This document shows positions 1-7,146 of a stretch of 44,887 nucleotides of DNA, piece after piece. The DNA is from a virus (taxonomy: Duplodnaviria > Caudoviricetes). The translations under genes and the position numbers were made by a program. The DNA lies in IMG/VR virus record IMGVR_UViG_3300037467_000862, positions 1 to 44,887 of that record. The stretch is one strand, 5' to 3'. The notes under the pieces were generated by a model. The model saw nothing but the letters and a program-made list of their open reading frames with translations. It ran no database searches and was not told where the DNA came from. Each line of letters begins with the position of its first letter. Positions within the stretch are counted from its first letter, which is position 1.

Positions 1-127
1 GCCGCGGCGCCACTTCAAGGACGATGGCATCCACGTGCAGCGGCACAAGACGGCCGGCAGCACCGGCAAGCGGACCATCTATGAATGGACGCCCGAGCTG
101 CGCGAAGCGGTGGCCATGGCCGAGGCC
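1..127. repeat. 127-bp direct terminal repeat (copy 1), contig circularisation overlap
   Basis: 1-127 is identical to 44761-44887 and lies in-frame inside the integrase. Confidence 0.97.
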
Positions 128-421
128 GCGCGGCCGGTGCATATCGCGCCGCTGCTGTTCTGCAACCGCGACGGCGTCGGCTACTTTGACGAGAAAACCG
201 GCGAGGCCCACGGCTGGGACTCGATGTGGCAGCGGTTCATGGACCGCGTGCTCAAGGAAACGAAAGTCGTTCAGCGCTTCACCGAGCACGACCTGCGTGC
301 GAAGTGCGCGAGCGACGCCGAGACTTTAGACCATGCGCGGGCGCTGCTCGCGCATGCCGATAGCAGGACGACCGACCGCATTTACCGGCGGAAGGCGGAA
401 AGGGTACGCCCATTGAGATAG
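1..421 (+). CDS. int: Tyrosine integrase, C-terminal part (continues from 44090 across the circular junction)
   Basis: HDLR, LLAH and terminal IY catalytic motifs; frame is continuous with ATG at 44090, giving 363 aa in total. Confidence 0.93.
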   Translation, partial: PRRHFKDDGIHVQRHKTAGSTGKRTIYEWTPELREAVAMAEAARPVHIAPLLFCNRDGVGYFDEKTGEAHGWDSMWQRFMDRVLKETKVVQRFTEHDLRAKCASDAETLDHARALLAHADSRTTDRIYRRKAERVRPLR

Positions 422-427
422 AAGGGA

Positions 428-1225
428 TTGAGGATGGATAACAAGAACGCATGGAGGCAGCTCGCCGAAAAAGCCGTTGAGGTGCTGCAGCGGCAGATTG
501 TTCCAAACGGTATTTCCGACCACGAGGCACTGGTCGAGCTGCACGGCATTTTCGACGGGCCGGAATACCGCGCTGCGTTAGCGGCGGATCGGCGGCGCGT
601 CGCCCAGCCAGCAGCGCCTGTAGTGGACGGGGAGCTGCCGCTGCTGCCCGATGCAGATGGGTCTGCCGAAGTTCATTTGGAGGGGGATGTGTATACGCAT
701 GTCGACGCATGGAGCGAGCCCCTAGTGCGTCAGGCTCAGCGCGACGCCCTCGCCGCCGCTCGCAGCGCGCCAGTGGGCGAAGCGGTGCGGGATGATGGCA
801 AGTCCAAGCTTGTTTTGTGGCGCGAGGCAGGCACCGACACGCTACGCTTCAAGGGTCAGGTAAGTGACAATGACCTCGCCGCCGTCCGCAACGACACATT
901 GGGGCGCATGCTCCTGAAAGACTGCGCGGGGTGCGATGTCAGCGCGGCAGACCACTTGCTGGCCCTCGAATACATATTCCGCAACGCAGAGCGTGCCGCC
1001 CCATCGCACCCCGAGCCAGCAGGCGGGAACGCAGCACCGCCACCCGACGACTACGCCGCGTTCAAGGCCGCTGTGGATGCCGAATACCCGATGCCAAACA
1101 GCCCGCATGAATCGGTGATGCAGCGTGCGGTGGATATTCGCACTGCGTTTCGGTTCGGGTGGAATGCGGGGCGCATGTATGTGCCGTGCTGGTCTGCCCA
1201 AGAAGTAGGCAAATCGGCAGATTGA
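428..1225 (+). CDS. Hypothetical protein between int and attP
   Basis: 265-aa ORF with GAGG RBS before ATG at 434; no recognised domain. Confidence 0.7.
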   Translation: MRMDNKNAWRQLAEKAVEVLQRQIVPNGISDHEALVELHGIFDGPEYRAALAADRRRVAQPAAPVVDGELPLLPDADGSAEVHLEGDVYTHVDAWSEPLVRQAQRDALAAARSAPVGEAVRDDGKSKLVLWREAGTDTLRFKGQVSDNDLAAVRNDTLGRMLLKDCAGCDVSAADHLLALEYIFRNAERAAPSHPEPAGGNAAPPPDDYAAFKAAVDAEYPMPNSPHESVMQRAVDIRTAFRFGWNAGRMYVPCWSAQEVGKSAD

Positions 1226-1274
1226 ATAGCACACCCCGCGTTATATAGCACAGTGTCTCATCTGTGCCACGGGG

Positions 1275-1435
1275 TAAGTGCTTGATTTCTTGGCGCGCCC
1301 GGCAGGATTCGAACCCACGACCCCCTGGTTCGTAGCCTGACCGGCGCACCGCCGAATTTCGCAATTCTATCAATACCTTACCGCCGCGCAACTGTGCTAT
1401 TCCGGCCACTTGGCGGGCGCGGTAAGTAGTTGATT
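1275..1435. promoter_or_regulatory. Three IHF consensus sites flanking the att core
   Basis: Exact WATCAANNNNTTR matches at 1275-1287 (-), 1368-1380 (+) and 1423-1435 (-). Confidence 0.8.
1291..1337 (-). mobile_element. attP core: 3' half of tRNA-Arg(ACG), anticodon stem through CCA
   Basis: Reverse complement reads GGCTACGAACCAGGGGGTCGTGGGTTCGAATCCTGCCGGGCGCGCCA (ACG anticodon, GTTCGAATC T-loop, CCA end). There is no D-arm or 5' half, and it lies downstream of int. Confidence 0.9.
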
Positions 1436-1484
1436 TAACGAGAAGGCCCGAAGGCCAATAACACATAAAAAGGAGAAGGACACG

Positions 1485-1670
1485 ATGGCTAACCCCCAGC
1501 AAACCAACGGGTGCACGCACCAATGGCGTTGCATCTGCATGGACGCCAGCGACGAACTGCACAGGTGCGCGGTGTGCGGCCTTATGGGTGACGGGCATGG
1601 CTGCACCTGGATGGTAAAACCGCACCGGCCAGAGGTCACGCCGCCGACCGATCCGGCTGCGAGTAGGTAG
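1485..1670 (+). CDS. Small Cys/His-rich hypothetical protein
   Basis: 61 aa with strong AAGGAGAAGGA RBS; CxH...CxC...CxxC pattern; convergent with the endolysin. Confidence 0.55.
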   Translation: MANPQQTNGCTHQWRCICMDASDELHRCAVCGLMGDGHGCTWMVKPHRPEVTPPTDPAASR

Positions 1671-2097
1671 CGCTTTCCGCTTGCCGGCGCAGCGTGAGCC
1701 CGCGCACTGGCCGACCGCCCGCCTTGTTCCAGAGCAGGAACGCGAGGGCGGCGCCTTCGAAGTCCTGGTATCCGGTCTTGCGGCACACCGAGCTGGCGGC
1801 GAACGCGCCCAGCCCGATGTTGTAGGCCAAGCTCGTGCAGGCCGCCGCGCGCTCGGGCGGCTCGAGGAATAGCTGCGGGCACTTGCGCATCGCTTCAAGC
1901 ATGAAGAACCCGACCCGGGCGCGCAGCCGCTCGTCGGCCTGCTCTTGCGTCCAGACCATCCCCTCGTGGACGCCCAGGGTCTCACCCCAGCCAATCGTCC
2001 ACACGCCCACGATGTCCTGGTAGGCGGTGAGGCGGCACCCTTCGAAGCCCATGATGAGCTTCACCGCCAGCACCAGCCCGTCGAGCGCGGCCCTCAT
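1636..2097 (-). CDS. Endolysin, GH24 phage lysozyme
   Basis: FEGCRLTAYQDIVGVWTIGWG gives the E-x8-D-x5-T triad; also AYNIG, WNKAGG and GLTLRRQAE. Confidence 0.95.
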   Translation of the reverse strand: MRAALDGLVLAVKLIMGFEGCRLTAYQDIVGVWTIGWGETLGVHEGMVWTQEQADERLRARVGFFMLEAMRKCPQLFLEPPERAAACTSLAYNIGLGAFAASSVCRKTGYQDFEGAALAFLLWNKAGGRPVRGLTLRRQAESATYSQPDRSAA

Positions 2098-2564
2098 TTC
2101 TTCCGGTCGAACACGCGGCCCACGAACCAGAAGGCCAGAATCCCCGAGAGGATCGCGCCGTCATCGGCGTTCCAGGTCTGCAGGATCGCGTGCCACGGGT
2201 CGGCCGAGTGCAGGGCAATCATCAACGTGGCCAGTTTCACGGCGCCGTACATGACGAGGAAAAAGTAGGTGGTGACCGGACGCACCAGGAAATTGAGCGC
2301 GTCCACGAACCACAGCCCGGTCTTCTGCATCTGGCCCGCCAGCGCTTCCTTCTGCGCGTCCAGCAGCCTGAGCACCTGGTCGATGTCGCCCTGCATCTGC
2401 ACTTCCTGCATGCGCGCCTGCGCGCGGGTTTGCTCAAGCTGGAACTGGCGGTCGAGCATGGCCAGCTCGTGCGCGTTGTCGGTCTTCTTGTTGAGCAGCC
2501 CGAGGATTTCCGGCAGCAGGCGCATGAAGCCGCCGCCCAGCATGGAAAGCAAAGTCATGAGCAT
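2094..2564 (-). CDS. Holin-like membrane protein (3TM/GTA-holin type)
   Basis: Real start is probably MLMTLL at 2564 (GGGGG RBS); three hydrophobic segments, VRPxxTY and FWFxGR motifs, basic C-terminus; adjacent to the endolysin. Confidence 0.75.
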   Translation of the reverse strand: MLMTLLSMLGGGFMRLLPEILGLLNKKTDNAHELAMLDRQFQLEQTRAQARMQEVQMQGDIDQVLRLLDAQKEALAGQMQKTGLWFVDALNFLVRPVTTYFFLVMYGAVKLATLMIALHSADPWHAILQTWNADDGAILSGILAFWFVGRVFDRKK

Positions 2565-2565
2565 G

Positions 2566-2934
2566 TCAGCCCCCTTTGTGAACGTTGGCCAGGAATGCCT
2601 GCCACGCCGCGTAGGCGAGCCAGGCAGCGCCGGCCAGGAAGCCCGAGCCGGCCACCTTGACGAGCGCTTCACGGATGATTTTGTTGCGCAGTTCGATGCG
2701 CTCGATGACCGCCTCGTGGTAGCGGCGGTGTGCCTCGGCGTCGCCGTCGGGGAAGCCGCGCAGCAGCTTGGCGATGGCCTCGTCGGCGAGCACGTTGCGC
2801 TCGATGATGGCGTCGATCTTGCGGCCGTTTTCGAGGTGCAGCTCGTGCATCCCCTTGAGCATTTCCGCGATGGCCGGCCCCCCGATCCGCTCGGCTTCCA
2901 TTTGCCACAACTCCTTGTTCGGTCGATTCGCCAT
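2566..2934 (-). CDS. Membrane-anchored protein at the head of the lysis cassette
   Basis: 122 aa, helical soluble N-terminus and a single C-terminal TM segment. Confidence 0.7.
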   Translation of the reverse strand: MANRPNKELWQMEAERIGGPAIAEMLKGMHELHLENGRKIDAIIERNVLADEAIAKLLRGFPDGDAEAHRRYHEAVIERIELRNKIIREALVKVAGSGFLAGAAWLAYAAWQAFLANVHKGG

Positions 2935-2955
2935 GGGGCGCTTTCTGTAGGGTGC

Positions 2956-4527
2956 TTACTGCACCGTGTACATCGCAACGAAAGAGAACGCGCGGTTGCT
3001 CGTGTCGATGGCGTTGATTTGCACCGTGAGCGTGTCCGTGGCCGTGTCGCCCAGGATCGCGCCGCACATCGTCGCGCCGGTCAGTTGCGTGGTGACCGTG
3101 CCGGCGGCCTGCGACAGCGACGAGAAGTCGGCCGGAATGGGCAGCGACATGCGGAAGGACGCGGCGCCCGTCGCGGTGGCCTGCATGTTCACGCGGCCCG
3201 CCAACGTGACCACGTTGCCGACGCGCTGGTAATAGCTGACAAACGCGGTGGTCGCGGTCACATTGGTGACGTTGGTAAGCGTCGGCGTCCAGGTGCCGGC
3301 GGCGAGCGTGCCGGCCGCCTCGGTGATGTCGCGGTTGTGGCCCATCGCCCACACGCGATTGACGTGCGCGCCACCGTTGCCCGACACGATGAGCAGCGCG
3401 AGCGTGGGGTGGCTGGAATCGGGCCGGTAGATGGCCAGCCCTTCGGGCTCGTAGAAGGTGCCGGCGCCGTCGGCCTGCGCGTTGGTCAGGCCCACGGACA
3501 GGTTGTCCTGGCGCTGCGTGCGCACGCCGTCGATGGTGTAGGCGTGGATGCGCTTGCCGTTGGTCGAGGAATTCCCCGCCAGCACGTAGACGGTCGCGCC
3601 GTCGCACGCGATGCCTTGCACCGGGGTGAAGGCGCCGCCTGCGTCATCGAGCAGGATGTCGCCGTCAATCTGCCACTCGTAAATCCACTGCGTCGAGTAG
3701 TCGCCCGCGCCGCCGGCCACAAGCAGGGCCAGGTCGAACACGCGCACGAAGAACGTGCGGCTGTCCTTGCGGCCCACGGCCAGCAGGAAGCGCTGGTCGT
3801 ACGAAATGGCGGGCAGCGTCGCGTTGCCGGTGTAGGAGAACTCGGCACCAAAGAGGGTGTACGCCTGCACGTTGGCGATGGCCACGCCGTTGCCGGCGTA
3901 GTCGAAGCGGATGACCTGGCGGTGGCCGTTCGGGTAATTCGCCGCGTCGTAGCGCACGGCGCCCCACAGCTTCACGGTGCCGTTGTTGCGGTACTCGAGC
4001 GAGAGCCCTTGGTGGCCGAGCTGCGCCGAACTGGCGGACACGCCGGCCGCGGCTAAACTGGCGCTGCCCGGCGACATGGCGTACTGGCTGACGTACGACA
4101 CTTCCGGCGAGCCTGACACGTGCATCGTGTAGACCTTGCTGCCCACCTCGTCCATCGTGAACGACTGCAGCCCGATGGACTGCGTTAGCACGAACGTGGC
4201 GCGCGAGAGTGAGCCGCGCGCATCGCGCAGCAGCGACGTGGCCGGGGCCACGGGCGGCACGCCGCGCGCTGGCTGGTCTTGCGTGTACGCGTAGGGGGAC
4301 GCATTGATGGTCGTTGACTTGCCAATGCGGAATTTGCCGTTGCGGTAACGGTTCTTCGACGGAATCGCCGTGACTTTGAACGTGCGTCCGCCCAGGTCCA
4401 CGTCGATGCCGGCGTGCGTCGTTTCGAAAGTCGTGAAGGCCGCCGTGTCGTCGACCACGCCGTCAGCCACTACGCCGGGCACGGTGTCAGGGATGGTGAG
4501 CAGGCTGTATGGAATCTTCGAGGTCAT
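2956..4527 (-). CDS. Receptor-binding protein 2 (tail spike/fibre, probable beta-propeller)
   Basis: N-terminal ADGVVDDTAAF...DLGGRTFKV resembles tailspike N-terminal extensions; central blade-like motifs (QSFTMD, HQGLSLE, VQGIACDG, EPEGLAIY); C-terminal GTWTPTL...YQRVGNVVT fibre domain. Confidence 0.75.
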   Translation of the reverse strand: MTSKIPYSLLTIPDTVPGVVADGVVDDTAAFTTFETTHAGIDVDLGGRTFKVTAIPSKNRYRNGKFRIGKSTTINASPYAYTQDQPARGVPPVAPATSLLRDARGSLSRATFVLTQSIGLQSFTMDEVGSKVYTMHVSGSPEVSYVSQYAMSPGSASLAAAGVSASSAQLGHQGLSLEYRNNGTVKLWGAVRYDAANYPNGHRQVIRFDYAGNGVAIANVQAYTLFGAEFSYTGNATLPAISYDQRFLLAVGRKDSRTFFVRVFDLALLVAGGAGDYSTQWIYEWQIDGDILLDDAGGAFTPVQGIACDGATVYVLAGNSSTNGKRIHAYTIDGVRTQRQDNLSVGLTNAQADGAGTFYEPEGLAIYRPDSSHPTLALLIVSGNGGAHVNRVWAMGHNRDITEAAGTLAAGTWTPTLTNVTNVTATTAFVSYYQRVGNVVTLAGRVNMQATATGAASFRMSLPIPADFSSLSQAAGTVTTQLTGATMCGAILGDTATDTLTVQINAIDTSNRAFSFVAMYTVQ

Positions 4528-4559
4528 GGCCGCCGCGTGGCTTATTGATTGTTGCGGCC

Positions 4560-4595
4560 ATTGTCAGCAAGTTGCTGAACGGTATGCACACCCCC
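4560..4595 (-). promoter_or_regulatory. Putative late promoter upstream of RBP2
   Basis: GGGTGTGCATACC-N15-GACAAT on the minus strand. Confidence 0.7.
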
Positions 4596-4614
4596 GATGC
4601 CACCTGGCCGTCAA

Positions 4615-7086
4615 TCAAAACGGCAAGACCGTGAGCCTGCACTCGTTATTGTTCGTCTGGATTGCCGCCGCCACCGTGGCGGAAGCGGTGTTTTGGTCCG
4701 CCATGATGTAGGCAGTGTCGCCTGCGTTCAGGATGACCGTGGCGTCAAGCGTATAGGTCTGCACGCCCGACCCGACGGCGTATTGATACGTCGCGCATTC
4801 CAGCCCGTTACCACTGGTGAACACCCCGATGCGTACACGATTCCCGGCGGCCAGCGTCAGCGGGATGGCCGCCATAAAGCGATACATTCCGCGCGCGGGC
4901 GCCGTGAACGTCGATGTCGCTGGGTCGTAGTTTGTACTTGCCGTAACGAACTGCGACGTTGGGAAGCTGATCTTCGCTGCGGATGTACCCCAGCCGGAAT
5001 TAGGGACAGTCGTGGACGCGCTGCCGCGTCCTAGCGCAATTGCCTTGTCCCGAAGGTCAAGGATGATTCTGCCGACCCTCTTAATCAGCAGCGATGCGTT
5101 AAGGCTTATGTTTGTGAACAGGTCGGCATTGACGAACCCCAGCCCCGCGTTGTCCAGCAGTTGCTGGTCAATATCCAGGCCAGTGACGTTGCCATTGTTG
5201 TTCCCTTGAACGAACACCCCAATCCCGGCTTTCGTACCGCCGGCTTCAATCCGGTGTACGACCTGGATACGCCCCATGTAAATATTCGGCGACGCGCCGC
5301 CCACCAAGTCGATGGCGATGCGCGGCCAATACGAGTTGCTTGTATTGAGCGAACTGAAGTTGTAGCGATGAACGAAGCGGATTTGCTCGAAGTCGAACAA
5401 CGTGGTCCGGTTCAGACGCAGGCCGTACTGCACGTCGTCAAACTCAGCCAGGCCGATAGACACGCGCGAGGGCGCACCGCCCAGCGCGTCCACGTGCGTG
5501 CCGTCGTCAAACGCCCAGCCCGCGCAAGAACCGACCGAAAACTCGTCAATGCGCAGTCCCGAGCCCGAGCCGTAGAACACGCCGCCCGTGCAACCGATGG
5601 CGCGAATGCTCTTGAAGTGGGCCGAGTCAAGGCCGAGATAGTTCAGGTTGTTGACGGCGAAGCGGCAACCGTTCGCCTCCACGCCCTCGAAGGTCGCAAA
5701 CGACACCGCGTACGGGTCGGGATTGGTGCCGCCATACAGCGCTTGTGGGAAGTTAAACAGGTCGCCGGTAAGATTGCTACCGACCATCCATCCGAACTTA
5801 GTACCCCACATGCCCCGGAGGCTCAGGCCGTGTTTCGACGTACCTCCGCCGGCCGATCCAACGAACGTGATGCCGCCGAGCTGCCCGCCGCGCCAGTAGC
5901 GGCCCGTGCCACTGGTGGCTGTCCCATTGGTGAATGTGAGCAGCGGGGCGTTGGCCGCGCCCGAACCGATGAAGAAGACGGCGTTGTGCCCGTCGGTGGT
6001 GATGTCGGGGAACGACTTGTCAACGAATGGCGTATCGAACGCGAGTACGCCCTCGTCAACGAGGTAACTGCCCGCCGGTATGTGCGCCCGTACGCCATTG
6101 GTTATGACGTAGTTGAAGAAGTTGAGTAGCGCCGTCGTCGTATTGGTGCCGCCGGTTTTGTTCGCGCCGAAGTCGTCGGGGGTGACGCGCTGCTCGCGCA
6201 GCTTCGTGCGCACGGTTCGGACCATCGCCCCCGCGCCGGCCTGTACAAAATTCAGCTTGTTAGCGTCGATGCCTGCGTCGGCAGCGACCTTGGCGTCCGT
6301 GACCACGCCGTCGTTAATGCTGCCCACGGCGAGCGGCTGGATGTACCAGGTTTCGATCTGCGCCACATCCGACGGAATCGGACTGTTGAGCGTGACCGTG
6401 GCACCGTTTAGGGTGAACTCGGTTTGCTGCTGCTCGGCGCCATCGAAGAGAATATGCACGTTCTCTTTGATGAAGCCGTCCGAAGGCAGGAACAGCGTGG
6501 TGCCGCCAGCCACGAAGTCCACGCCCTTGACGTGCGTGGTGCGAACGACGTTGCCCTGCGTAACCTCAACCTGCCAGCCCGCTTCGCTCACCGCGATGTT
6601 GCCGTTCTCATCGAATACGATGGCCTTGTTGGCGCGCTCGGCGGCGGTCGGTAGTTCGGCGTTCGTCGCGCCGTCGGACACGGCGAAGCGGACGGCGCGG
6701 CCGAGCAGTTCCTCGGCCTGCTGCGCCAGGATCGTTACGCGGTCCAGTGCGTCCTCGATGACCGAGGGGTAGAAGCCGCTGCGGTTCTGGATGTCGGTCG
6801 GCTGCAAGAGCGGCACGTCCGACAGAATCGTGAGCTTCTGCGTGGACGGCAGAGGAATGCCGCCGTAACTGTATGTGACCGTACCGCCGGGGTCGTTGTC
6901 CTGGTCGGCGTTGAGCGTAACGCTGTAATCTGCGTCCAACTCCAGCACGGTCTCGGCGCCGGCTGCGTCGGTCAGGACGACCTGCAGGTCAGTCTTGGCG
7001 AAGACCTTGTACACGAAGGGAAAGACGGTGGCCACGCCGTCCCCGATGAACGGCCCGGCTTTTCGAGTAGTGGTGGAAACGGTCAT
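4615..7086 (-). CDS. Tail spike/fibre protein 1 (podovirus anchor, beta-helix region, C1q-like C-terminus)
   Basis: N-terminal GDGVATVFPF anchor; VTPDDFGA...IPAGSYLV pectate-lyase-like start; C-terminal YDPATSTFTAPARGMYRF...LNAGD C1q-like motif. Confidence 0.85.
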   Translation of the reverse strand: MTVSTTTRKAGPFIGDGVATVFPFVYKVFAKTDLQVVLTDAAGAETVLELDADYSVTLNADQDNDPGGTVTYSYGGIPLPSTQKLTILSDVPLLQPTDIQNRSGFYPSVIEDALDRVTILAQQAEELLGRAVRFAVSDGATNAELPTAAERANKAIVFDENGNIAVSEAGWQVEVTQGNVVRTTHVKGVDFVAGGTTLFLPSDGFIKENVHILFDGAEQQQTEFTLNGATVTLNSPIPSDVAQIETWYIQPLAVGSINDGVVTDAKVAADAGIDANKLNFVQAGAGAMVRTVRTKLREQRVTPDDFGANKTGGTNTTTALLNFFNYVITNGVRAHIPAGSYLVDEGVLAFDTPFVDKSFPDITTDGHNAVFFIGSGAANAPLLTFTNGTATSGTGRYWRGGQLGGITFVGSAGGGTSKHGLSLRGMWGTKFGWMVGSNLTGDLFNFPQALYGGTNPDPYAVSFATFEGVEANGCRFAVNNLNYLGLDSAHFKSIRAIGCTGGVFYGSGSGLRIDEFSVGSCAGWAFDDGTHVDALGGAPSRVSIGLAEFDDVQYGLRLNRTTLFDFEQIRFVHRYNFSSLNTSNSYWPRIAIDLVGGASPNIYMGRIQVVHRIEAGGTKAGIGVFVQGNNNGNVTGLDIDQQLLDNAGLGFVNADLFTNISLNASLLIKRVGRIILDLRDKAIALGRGSASTTVPNSGWGTSAAKISFPTSQFVTASTNYDPATSTFTAPARGMYRFMAAIPLTLAAGNRVRIGVFTSGNGLECATYQYAVGSGVQTYTLDATVILNAGDTAYIMADQNTASATVAAAIQTNNNECRLTVLPF

Positions 7087-7112
7087 AGTCCGGCGATCCT
7101 TAGGTTGCGGGC

Positions 7113-7146
7113 ATTGTTGCCCCCCGAATCGCCGGTATGCACACCC
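7113..7146 (-). promoter_or_regulatory. Putative late promoter upstream of tail spike 1
   Basis: GGGTGTGCATACC-N15-AACAAT on the minus strand. Confidence 0.7.

Noticed and set aside
1-127. Physical direct terminal repeat
   Set aside because: It is exactly 127 bp (a common assembler k-mer) and lies mid-integrase, far from terS; this indicates a circular assembly overlap.
1249-1266. LexA/SOS box
   Set aside because: It reads ACAG-N8-CTGT, the reverse arrangement of CTGT-N8-ACAG; better explained as inverted arm-type repeats.
1291-1337. Functional tRNA-Arg gene
   Set aside because: Only the 3' half is present, with no D-arm or 5' acceptor strand, so it is the att core.
2269-4056. 595-aa plus-strand ORF
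   Set aside because: Antisense shadow of the RBP and lysis genes in GC-rich DNA, with no motifs.
2956-7086. BPP-1-type diversity-generating retroelement
   Set aside because: No reverse transcriptase, Avd or TR/VR repeat pair was seen, despite the BPP-1-like backbone.
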